A stretch of DNA of 64,000 nt from positions 62,001 to 126,000 of the forward strand of contig CBFFRP010000067.1 in NCBI GenBank assembly GCA_965644295.1, written 5' to 3'. The notes beneath the pieces were generated by a model. The model was not told where the DNA came from. It did not search any database and saw only the letters and a list, made by a program, of their open reading frames with translations. Both the position numbers and the translations under genes were made by a program. Each line of letters begins with the position of its first letter. Position 1 is the stretch's first letter. This document shows, one piece after another, positions 50,987 through 62,445 of the stretch. Source of the stretch: Paraphysomonas bandaiensis. Taxonomy: Eukaryota > Protista > Chrysophyceae.

Positions 50987-52471
50987 TCACTTCAGCACTA
51001 CATCAACCTTGTGCCAGCCATTATATAGGTATCCTCTATGTTTTTGTGATACTTCCGGCTGTGTTCGTCCCTCAGAATCTGTGGCTCTACAACACAACGT
51101 TATATCCTTCGAGCTTCTGCTTCGGACATCCACAGAAATATCACCTGTGAACCTCACCCATGCGTAATTGCTACTGGAATCGTCATATTCTATCTCATTC
51201 CACAGTAACTCCGCACTTGTCCATGTGGCGCCATTATCAGCACTCAGGTCGACTCTATCTATTTTAGTGCCAAGTCCCCCCGTATACGCCACACCTTCTA
51301 CTCGCAGACTGTCGTTATTGCAACTAATCAACTGCCCATCCATGTGAGAGAGAATAAGTGATTGCAGAGGAAGGGTTTGTATGTGAGATCCTGTACACAT
51401 ACGGTAGTAATGTGAGTTCCAAGGAGAGACCGACGGCTGATTACAGAGGCGGATTGATTGAAGCCATTTCACCTGTCGAGCTCCTGCAACTCCCGGAATA
51501 ATTACTCGCACAGGGTATCCATGATCAGGCAGCAGTTGTACACCATTCATATGGGTAGCAAGAAGGCACTCATTTGTTTTAAGAATATGAGAAAGGGGAG
51601 TAGATGTCTCGTAATCGTCTGCGCCTGTGAAAACAACATGCCAGCCGCAGCCCTCAGAGGTTTCTGCACTCCGACATTCTACGGGATACAGTGACTTAAG
51701 CACGTCAGTCAGAGGTACGCCAGCCCACTTGACATTGCCCACAAGTCCGATAGATATTGATTCAAAAGGAGTACCGGTAAACCCATTCGCTCCAGTGGCT
51801 CGGGCATCCTCTCTGGCCCTATTACCCGCACACTGCAGAACAGAAGTGACCGATTTTCGCTGGAAAAGGCTTTCTAAATCTTTCATTGACAACGTAGCAA
51901 CCTCATGTTCATTATTCTCGTCTCCCATAGAAAAGTATATCGCATGAGAGGCAATGTTAAGTCCTGGTGGAACAGGTGCGTGATTTCGGACGTACAGAGA
52001 ATCAGGATCTGTAAGGTATGAATTCAACTTCAACGGCTTTGTCTCAGAACAGAACGGTTTCTTAATTAAAACTACTTGATGATCTATGTTTCTCTTGGGT
52101 TCCTCACTATAAGCATCTGGTAGAGTATCTATCTGCTTATAATCTTTAAGAGTTCCAATGTGTGTTTCCGCTAGAGCTTGATTAACTTTCGGGGATAGAT
52201 AGTGATATGCCCATATGTTCCAGAAGGGTTCCACATCCCCACCTGCTGCTTGTTCGATATATCGTCCACCAGGGTGCTGTTGTTTAAATAGAGATACATC
52301 ATATACATTTCCTCGATATGTTACCCATAAAGGTCGTCCATCTGTACCATCTCTCTGCTGTACTTGTTCAGTTGTATAGGATGGTAAGGTCATAGAGTCA
52401 GATGATGTGTACGACGAGGTAATGTATGCACCACAACACACACTAATCGTATGACGAAATGAACGAAGCAT
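50987..52471 (-). CDS. Sulfite oxidase (cytochrome b5 + Moco + dimerisation domains)
   Basis: VYDVSLF..QHPGG heme motif, YVRNHAPVP, LQCAGNR, PDHGYPVR, GARQVKW, RGYLYNGWH. Confidence 0.92.
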   Translation of the reverse strand: MLRSFRHTISVCCGAYITSSYTSSDSMTLPSYTTEQVQQRDGTDGRPLWVTYRGNVYDVSLFKQQHPGGRYIEQAAGGDVEPFWNIWAYHYLSPKVNQALAETHIGTLKDYKQIDTLPDAYSEEPKRNIDHQVVLIKKPFCSETKPLKLNSYLTDPDSLYVRNHAPVPPGLNIASHAIYFSMGDENNEHEVATLSMKDLESLFQRKSVTSVLQCAGNRAREDARATGANGFTGTPFESISIGLVGNVKWAGVPLTDVLKSLYPVECRSAETSEGCGWHVVFTGADDYETSTPLSHILKTNECLLATHMNGVQLLPDHGYPVRVIIPGVAGARQVKWLQSIRLCNQPSVSPWNSHYYRMCTGSHIQTLPLQSLILSHMDGQLISCNNDSLRVEGVAYTGGLGTKIDRVDLSADNGATWTSAELLWNEIEYDDSSSNYAWVRFTGDISVDVRSRSSKDITLCCRATDSEGRTQPEVSQKHRGYLYNGWHKVDVVLK

Positions 52472-52921
52472 TGAGCCTATAAGATGATATATCGATCCCC
52501 TTTTGTCAAATCATTGGATGTAAGAATGAACTTCGTAACTACTTCACTTACTTTCTATTTGTTATATTTGTCCGTGTCGTATCTACTTCAATCATACCTG
52601 CACGATGCAATTCGCTCGCTCTGGGTATGCTACTTCGTATGTCGTGTATGATATTCATATACTCTGTATGCATGTACTCTGTGTACCCAAATATATATAT
52701 GAAACACCCGTTAAGAGTAATAAACGGCCGCTCCGCCCGGATTATTCTCCCGTATTAAAATATTAATTTAATGGCGTCTAGCTCAGCATAAAAAGTTGAT
52801 ATATAGAACATAGAAATGCAGTGTGTGAAAATAATTGAAGTGTGTAAGTGAATTACATCAATAGAGATGCTAGTGTGGTTAATGACAGGCAATTAGACTA
52901 TAGTCATACTGTGATATACAC

Positions 52922-55266
52922 ATGATAACATTCAGTAAACTTGTAGTCCATAGGGCTCAATATATGAGATATGATAACACAGTTTTTCGTGCTGTTAATC
53001 GCTTGTTTTCCCCATCTTTTCATCTATTTTGCACTCATAATGGTACAGATACTGGTGAAGAAAAGAAATGGGTCCTAAAGCATGATTTTATTCATGAAGA
53101 TGATGATTCTAGTTGGGAAACGAAACCTCTATCCGAGTCAGATCAATTCAGATTGCGTCTAGCTAATAAACCTGACCACAGTATGCGGCGTATGAAGAGA
53201 CGTCATGAGGGGACGGTACAATCAACATCACATGTGAATGATCATGTGGATAATCCTCACTCATTGAGTAAAATTCGTGGATTTCTGGAATTTAATCCTC
53301 ATGTATGCTCTGGATGTGGTGCTGCATTCCAATCGAAAACTCCGAATCATCCAGGATATCTCTCGAAAGATAAATTTGCCCTTCATTTAAAAACTGTAGA
53401 CCGTATTAAACAACAAAAGGAGGCGATCAAGCTCCTTGATATGGCTGGTATTGATGCCACATCTGACCTTGCAAAGGATATTCTTAGAAAGGCGAACATG
53501 TCAGAGGAAGTGATCTCAGGAGTAGTTGCGCTTGGAAAGCGGATAACTGTTGGCGTCCCCAAAGACGTCGTTAAGGCTCGTATTCAACATGAAGAGCAAG
53601 CTAAAAGGGCTGCGGCACAAGAGAGAGCAGAGCTTGCTAAACAGGGTGTTAAGATGGAATCAGATTGGGGCAACGAGCCTATAGGGTATCATGCAGACAC
53701 GTTAGAGCCAATCTACGATGTTGAAGAGCTTCGACGGTCTTTTGATGAGACATACAATATACCTCGTCCTACTGCGGAGGAGCCGGGGGATATTCCTGTT
53801 GCGGTGTGCCAGCGTTGTTTTCGACTTGACACTTACAATGATGTGAAAGATGATCTTCGTCCAGGTTGGTCTACCCACGAAGATCTCACCCCAGAGCGTT
53901 TTCAAAATCTCCTTTCTACAATTCGTGACCATAAAGCTGTAGTCTTGTGTTTAGTGGATTTGTTCGACATTGAGGGATCTGTCGTGAGTAATTTAAAGGA
54001 GATCGCAGGTCGTAACCCTATTGTAGTGGTCGCTAACAAGTCGGATTTACTTCCAAATGATGCATCTCTGAACCGTGTTTGTGATTGGGTATACCACACT
54101 GTTAAACAGAGATGTGGCCTCATGTCAGCCCGTGAAGCTGAGGCTCACGATAAACATCTTTATGCTACTCAAGGGTGGTTCCCATCCCGCCAGAACTCTG
54201 AGGAAGGTATACTACGGCGTGATAATGTTCATCTTATCAGCTGTGCGAAAGGGAAAGGATTACAGGACCTTATAGACAGTGTTATGGGTATAGCGGTATC
54301 GAATGGTCAGAGAATATATGTTATGGGCACGGCTAATGTCGGAAAGTCTAGTTTTATAAATCAACTCTTGAAGTATACTAAAAAGAAAACTAAACCGGGC
54401 AAACGGGAGTCTCGAAACAATGTTGTACCAAAACCGACTGTTTCCGCTTTACCAGGCACGACGCTTGATTTTCTCAAGATTAAACTCCCCAACGGCATCA
54501 CGATGATAGATACTCCAGGCTTGATAAACCCTGGCCAATTGACTAGCAGATTGAACAGCAAAGAGTTGAAACAAGTTATTCCCGTGAAGCAGGTACATCA
54601 CGTGACACTGCGAATGGAGGAGGGAAGATGTGTGCTAATTGGGGGATTAGCAAGAGTGGAATTAGTCGAGGTTAGTGTCCTATATTATACACCGCTTATC
54701 TCTCTAGTACAATTTACGCGCCAGACTGGTTACGTGTATGCGAATAGTTAATATTTAACTGTTACTGATTTGTTTTACATTTTCTGACAATGACATGTTT
54801 CTGATATTTAGGGTCGCCCAATGTTTTGCACGTTCTTTATGTCGAACGAAATTAAGCTCCATCCGACAAGTACTGCCAACGTGGATGAGTTTCTAGAAAA
54901 GCATACAGGCAGTCTAGTTTTCCCTCCCTATTCCCACGAGAGAGTACTGGAGCTTGGCCCGCTGAAAGAGCATGTGTTTGAGGTATGCTACATGTGAGAG
55001 AAAAAACGTTGGCTAATGTATCATAGGTGAGTGGATCGTCGTGGCGGAGAGCAGCAAGAGATATTGTAATTGCTGGTCTTGGTTGGGTATCCATAACAGG
55101 GCCAGGCACTTTTCGAATTAAAGTCTCTGCTCCAGAAGGGACTGTCGTCTCTACTAGGGATCCTTTAATGCCTTTCGAAGCAATGAGTACGACAGTTAAA
55201 CACTCTGGGGGGCGGCTTATTCAAAAAGGAAAAGCGAGTAGAAAAGGATATGCATGGAGAGCTTAG
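52922..55266 (+). CDS. Circularly permuted GTPase NOA1/YqeH-like, organelle presequence, spliced
   Basis: CSGCG...CQRC Zn motif, NKSDLL (G4) before GTANVGKSS (G1), PGTTL, DTPG, IGGLARV, DIVIAGLGWV. Confidence 0.92.
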
Positions 55267-56088
55267 TACAATATATTGGTGTTACATGTTACAGGTGTAG
55301 ATATTTAACTTATCTAGCTGCATAGATTGTATAATATCTGTTTCTAGTTTCTAATTACATTTAGTATTTATTTTACCCATTAAAGTGCTATCCAAAGTGA
55401 AAAAAAAGTGACCTTCATTAGGTAGAGTGATATATACCTTGCAGTATATTATTGCTCATGCTAGAAATAGTAATCAGCGGGTGGAGATTATTTAGCTTCT
55501 CGACTGGTATTAAACTTGTAAATTGTAAACTAATATGCATGTTTTGCTAGTAGCTACAGCATATTTTCTCATGTCAGATCTCTTGTAAAAATTCTATCAT
55601 TTTAGTCTTAGAGCACAGTACATGTTACTAATCATTTCCACTTACATGTTTATTGTTTACGTAATGATATGTATACTAGGCACATACATTTGAGTCCATA
55701 TTTGACGATGCATTGAATATATTGGATACTGGATGCGAAATACGAAGTTCTGATATATGAATGTATAATGTATATTACATGCTCACAGTTTTTGAATTCC
55801 TACCATGAAATTTCAACATCAACATGAATACTACCAGTCATAAGAGCCTCTGCACACTTTCCTACATCTTAGTTTCAGTATTATATGAAAAAACTAAGGC
55901 TAGCAACAAAATATCATAGTGTTTACAGTCACCAGTTAAAATAATGGAGTGTACCACAGAGTATCTAGCGAGCATAAGGTGACCAACTCGCCAACATATA
56001 AAACTTATATTCCGAATATATATTACCTTATTTCTACATATCGAAATGCTAATTACCGTGTGTGTAACAACAGCTAACTACTTACTGC

Positions 56089-56736
56089 CTATAATTGGAT
56101 GGGTTGATCAATACTATAGTAGTGCTTTTTCCGCAACACTTCTTCAAACTGTGGGTGCTTCACTGCGACATAAATATGCAAGCTGCCTGTGATAGCAAGC
56201 ATGCACACAACAATTTTTCCAAGAAGACCTAGTTCATAGCAGAGTACCATGCACATAAACAAAAAAAGGGTACGCATGATCGGAGAATACATGAATCCAA
56301 AATTTTCAGCGATAAGCTTTGCAACAATTTTTAGGGCCAATTCGAAGCAAAATATAAGCATTGCAAAGCACCAGACATAGAGGGCAATGAAAACAATACC
56401 TAAGTTATTGCTCCCAAGAGAAAAAAATGCTGAAAGTGACATCAGCACACTGGTCAACAAATAAGCATTTCGTAGTTTTGAGGCCCAAGTATCAATAGCC
56501 CTTAATTCTTCAGGATTTATTTCACTTGATAAGGACTCAATATCACTGCCATGTGATGATTCCGCATCCAACTTAGAAAACTTATTTTTCTGGGAGCCTG
56601 TGAGAGCTCCTATAGCATTTGATAGTATTGCAGTTGCTGCAGCTTGTTGAACAGCTGGAGTTTGAGCTGCTGCTGCAACTGCTTGAACATTTTTTTCAGA
56701 TAACCATGGCGGGGTTTCCTGTTGACTTTGAGCCAT
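56089..56736 (-). CDS. COPI-associated/TVP15-like Golgi membrane protein
   Basis: Hydrophobic helices, IFCFE, ENFGFMYSPIMRTLF. Confidence 0.75.
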   Translation of the reverse strand: MAQSQQETPPWLSEKNVQAVAAAAQTPAVQQAAATAILSNAIGALTGSQKNKFSKLDAESSHGSDIESLSSEINPEELRAIDTWASKLRNAYLLTSVLMSLSAFFSLGSNNLGIVFIALYVWCFAMLIFCFELALKIVAKLIAENFGFMYSPIMRTLFLFMCMVLCYELGLLGKIVVCMLAITGSLHIYVAVKHPQFEEVLRKKHYYSIDQPIQL

Positions 56737-57223
56737 AATATATATAATCAGATACAATCACTATATTTCTATATGTAACACTCTGTTAAAAGTGGAATCT
56801 ACGTACTAGAAATAACAAAAAACTACTTGTAGTATGTAACACACACTATATAGTAGCAATTACAATTATAGTTCATTCAAGTCGTCATAATGTATGAGAA
56901 CTGCAGTTGTTGTGTCTAGAATAAGCAATAGATCCTATAGAGGCTACAGTATACCCCATACACTGTATTTTATATATATATATTACACAAGCAAAATTTG
57001 GAGTGTATTAAAAAAAAAAAACTGAAATTAATGTCCCTTGAAGCTATGTGGCCTTTGTGGTATGGTTAGGTCTTTCCTGTATTCTTATTTCTAGTTCCTA
57101 ATCGAATGTAGTTTACTATGTATATATACTCTGTAACATCAATGTGTTAACTCCTCGAGTTAATAGAAGCATATCTCACTATCACACATCTCTGCTATAT
57201 GACATTCAAATGACTTACATGAA

Positions 57224-58538
57224 ATGATAGCAACTTGTAAAAGTAATCAAGAATTGATGACAAGCATGTGGCATTCTCATCATAATTGTCGCCACTGTAA
57301 TAGTAGTGATATAATAACAGACAATTGTACAGGGGATGTTGTGTGTCGTGAATGTGGGACTGTATTAGGAGATAGATTACTTAGTAGTGAAGCAGAATGG
57401 AGAGATTATCGTAATGATGATAGAGGGAACTCAGAGAGTGCAGCACGAGCATCTATGAGTACTGCAGATGATGATGATCAAACGACTGTATTTGTTGGGG
57501 GGGATAAGTCACAGTGTGAGAAATTAAATAGAATACAGTTATCAACAAGTTCGAAGAAGGAAATGCGTATAGCGGAACGACTTGGTGAAGTAGCGGAGTT
57601 ATGTTTTAAACTTAGTTTACCCGATGTCATCACGGTAAGTTGGTGATGTGAATAATCATAGTGTCCTTCTAACTCGTGTACACAATGGACGTCAAAAGAT
57701 TGGTTGATGAGTAAGTATTTGATCCGCGTTCTTGCACAGAGAGATGGTATTCCCCTGCACACGTTATATATATAACGTGGGGTCTACTTTCAATTTGGAA
57801 CGTGAGATATGATAATGCTGAAAACGCGATTTCAAATTAACAGTATGTATGTCATGTAGGATTGTTCGTTATGTTTTCCTATATCTTTGCTGTTAGGTTA
57901 ATTGTTGTACTAATACTGTATTTGTGTAACAGAGCGCCGCGAAGAAAGTATACCGGTCGGGACATAGTGCTGGAATTAATCGTCTCTGCTCCGGGGATGT
58001 TCTCGTAGCAGCGTCCGTGTATCAAGCATGCACTCTAACAGGTTGCCCTCGTGGTGTCGCTGAGCTTGCTTCCGTGTCTGGTGTTTCTACTAAGAATGTA
58101 CTTAAGATATGTAAGGCTCTGAATAAGTGCACCGACGGAGAGAACTCAGGAGATGATAGAGAGGAGCTGGAAGTTGCGAGAGTGAACCCGGAAAGTCTAG
58201 TCGCCCGAATGGCGTCGTTATTACATCTGCCTCAGACACTTGTGAATGTATGTCGAAATGCCTGTTCAAAAGTTACAGAGTGCGGTTTGACGACTGGAAC
58301 GCATCCTCAATCTGTTGCAGCTGGTGTAGTAGTATTAGTAATGGTTTGTGCCCGCATGGATGTCAACCTTCAGTTAGTTTCTAAGGTATCGTTTTGTCGG
58401 ATACAGGCTATAGAAAAAATGTTTATAGTACTTCGACAGCACTGTCTGATCATACTTCCGAAAGATTTAGTGCGTTCTGCTGGCGGAGCGAGTAACATTC
58501 CACTCAATTTCAAAATGCTCGGCTCTTCAGCATTATAA
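57224..58538 (+). CDS. Divergent TFIIB-family transcription factor, spliced
   Basis: Zn ribbon CRHC..DNCTGDVVCRECGTVL, SEAEWRDY, cyclin repeats (AASVYQAC...PR, GTHPQSVAAG); start codon and exons uncertain. Confidence 0.85.
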
Positions 58539-59287
58539 TTGTTATCTTATATGTATCATAACAGAATACGTCATTTCCGTACTTATTACCCGTGTATAAG
58601 CATAATAATATACTATTTACTTTTGGAAATTGGATAGCTCTTCTAGCACATTCTGTTTTAGATTATAGCCGTTACTCTTAAATGGTTCTTGGCGTGTGGG
58701 TGTACACTCATTATCCAGTCAGTAACTAACTGCTAACTGACATGTACCCTTATAGTTAAATTACAAAACTTAGTAAATGCATCACTCAATTCTGGTAATT
58801 CTTACTAAGTTGATATTTTAATGAGCAGTGCTTCAGTCGATTACTAATTCTAAATAAACGCGGAGGCGGGAAAAAGAGGCAAGCCCTTTTTTTAACCCCA
58901 AACCCCATTTCATATTTCATTGGGGCTTTCTCTTCGAGAATTTTTCTAAGTTAGGGATATATTTCATAATTGATCCGCAATCCGCATATGTAATTTGACT
59001 ACATTATTCGTCATAACGGGAATAATTCAAAAGAGTGTTGCAGTTTTGTAGCAAGGGGATTCATGTGATACCTGTTTTCAACTACAAATTCGAAATCTTA
59101 AATGCAGCTTCCACTTGCTTACAACTTACAAAGCAGCAAAACTTAGGAGGGGACATTCAGGCTTCATATAACTCATTTCTACACGTTACAACCGATTATG
59201 TCTTTAAAAAATCACAACAGAAAACGTACAATCCTTTTTTTTGTGTATATCTCAACCATATATTATACTATCACAATGAACATGTTT

Positions 59288-60295
59288 TTAATTTGTAGAG
59301 CTATCTAATTCACTGCGAGGAATGAAAAGCAATATATGTACACCCACAGCACACCTGGAGTCGCAGTTCCGTCTAACACCTGTGACTTCTGGTAAAACTA
59401 TTTCCTGTCATAGAAGATGAAAACAAACACAAGAAAGAGTAGAATATCTAAACCTGTATGGTATAACTCAATTCTAATTTCTGTAAAAATTCTTTCTCCC
59501 TCCTACATATAAAAATTTACTTCATTTCATAAATAATAAATCATACTTACTCGTCATGTCTTCTTTTATAAGTTACTATCATCCGCTTGAATTCTAGTTG
59601 GCTAAGAACCACCTCCAAGCTTTCATAACATGAAGGATCATATAAAATATCACTCCCGAGTACAGTATCAATGACAATGCTCTGCCCTCCGAAAGCAGGA
59701 TTCAGTGCGGCCTTCAGGTTTCTAGAAGTCCTATTGTAACACTCACAGTAAACCAACAAGGAGGGGAGGTAGCTAATTAATACGTACCAATTATATAAAA
59801 TAAATTGACAATCCTCCTTCTTTCGACCTATGGAAGCTATGTTTTCATTCATAACGTCAAATTCAATATAATCGGTGAGCACCACTTTTTTCGCCCCTAA
59901 AATCGACGCTACAATTCCACACACCTATTTCATGTTAATGTCTACACTATATATCCGTCATCTACTTACACCAGTACCGCACCCTATATCCAAACATGTT
60001 TGACCGGATATGTAGTCATCACTGCAAGTATTGATGAGGTCAACCATTAATAAACCCTAATGATATAGTTACATGTATAGATGAACACCTATAGATTACT
60101 TACACAGTCCCATACAACAGCCCCTAATTCATTATTAATATCTTGTGCTATAGTTAATGTATGATGATCTCTACAGTAGATATCAATAGATGGGGCCGAT
60201 GCTCTGATATAAGAAACACCCGTCTTACTACCATATGCAGGAGGGGGTTCATCAAATATATCTGGCCATGATCTATAAGATAGAGTGGATGTCAT
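59288..60295 (-). CDS. Family-16 (METTL21-like) protein lysine methyltransferase, spliced
   Basis: GAVVWDC, LDIGCGT|GVCG, VVLTD, GSDILY, YKRRH. Confidence 0.85.
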
Positions 60296-60942
60296 GGTAG
60301 ATTATGTTAGAAGCACCTTAACCCACTCAGGCACTTCTCATACATTATGCATGTCCACTGCATCATACTGCTGCTCTGTGTACAATAAAAACGCTGAATA
60401 CTTATAGTTTTTACCTATTTTAAGTAGTGTATTGAATATTTTCTGAAATATTGGGTTAAAATCAGAGGTTTTCCTGCTTATACATGTATTCATGCTAGAA
60501 AATGCATTTTTTTTCGTAATTATTTCGATTTTAGATATGATGCAATTTTGATGACTTCAGAATACCATAAATACTCTGGAATACAATTCTAGAATTCAGT
60601 TTCTATAAGTACGTGCGTACCGGTTAGCACAACATATGCTTTCGTCAGCACATCTGTATTCCATTCATTCTACGGCTCCAATAGTACCTTTATACCATAT
60701 GTAGAATATCCCATTATTTCGCTTTTATGAACATAAAAACTGATGTTTTTTAGTTTTTTAATATTATAATATGTCAATATTCGTTAGAATATGTTCCAAT
60801 CAACATACAGGATTATCACCATCAAGATGTTGTTCCATACCATCATTACATGCATGTATATTAAGAACTCTCACTCTCATCTACATTATATAGAATACAT
60901 ATACATATACATTGATATCCTTCATAAAATTAGTATATCAAT

Positions 60943-62061
60943 ATGAAAGATAATGATGAACAACCATGTAAACGAGCTAGACATCTTTGTTCATTAGGAA
61001 CAGGGGAGGTTGTTCATGTCTTATCATATAAAGCACTACCTGATAAAATAGATGCATTTGAAATTATTGTACAAGGACTTGCACGATGTGTGTATTGTAT
61101 GGAAGCATCAGGTAACACTCTATACTCTTATCACTTATAATCAGATATATATGGTAATATAATGTATACAGTTACTGATGTACGTGTATGTCATCCCTGC
61201 TGTGGAGAGGTCGTGTTTGTGTTTACATTTATTTCGAAAGACGCACTTGAAAAGTTTAGAAAAGGCCCACAAGCTGAATTTGAGAGATCTCTACATGGAA
61301 TAGTAACTCCAGATGCCCCTGCGTCTCCTACCTTCTCAGCCACTGGCACACTCATGCCAGCAGCACACACCCTCTCTTCTCTTGTTGAGTTCCTAAAGGC
61401 GAATATCAAAGGCTCCAACCACAGTGCACATAACGTTCGTATGGTATCCCGAGAACTTGAGAAATGGTTTCCTCGTCCCTCCGAGTATCAGCGATACATT
61501 CAGTTAGACCAGTGTGATGCTACGAAATACACTCGCAATTTGATATATGGTAATGAACACTTCGACTGTATTCTAATGTGTTGGCCCCCTGGTTCTCAAT
61601 CGACTATACACGATCACGATGTATCCTCCTGTTGGGTAGCTGTCGTTGAGGGAACGGTATATGAAGTGCAGTATGCCCTTCCAAGGCTCGACAAAAAGTT
61701 TATCGAAATGGAACAGCGAGACCCTGCCACTGCGGTGGGTAACTGTGGCAAACTCAAGGTGATCAATGTTGCATGTCTAGACACAGGCGGGGTCACGGGA
61801 ACATATGCTAACAACGAAATTGGAATTCACAGGGTTGAAAACCGTTCTGACAAACTGGCTTGCACTCTGCATGTCTATGCCCCCCCCCTACGGAAGATGA
61901 AAATATTCGACGAGAATGGGTGTGTAAAGGTTTGCATTGCTGAGAATCGTCCGGCATGCAGCGGAGGATCCTGCAAGGATCAGTGGGTTATGCCATGCGA
62001 AGGTATATTTGATGTGGAAGCCTGGAATAAAGTCCTTCAGGAGACGGAGTCCGAAGCTTAA
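60943..62061 (+). CDS. Cysteine dioxygenase with extra N-terminal domain; intron 61112-61171
   Basis: YTRNLI, CWPPGSQSTIHDHDVSSCW, GIHRVEN, TLHVYAPP. Confidence 0.92.
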
Positions 62062-62445
62062 CTTTCGCGTGTGTTCATTTATGCTGTATGCATTGAATCC
62101 TTTAAGTATTTGTCATCCTACAACTGCATGTAGAATGTGACTTCGAGTTAGAATTATGATTTTTACAATTACGGAGTATAATAAATGAATGGATGTTGTC
62201 GCACTTGTATATTCGCAGTAGGCTACGACCGTCACCTACTTCAGGAATCAATAATATTAGCCGCTATTTTAAATGTGGTTGAGTCTCTCAGTATTACTCA
62301 GTAAGACATGACAAGAATAGTGGAATACAGATTGTGGTCATCTCGGAACATGGGTAGTTAAAGTCAGGGCCTGGTAACCGTTATTGGTAATGGCCATTAT
62401 AATTGCCTGGGACTGGGCACGTTAATGGGCCATAAATAGTTACCA

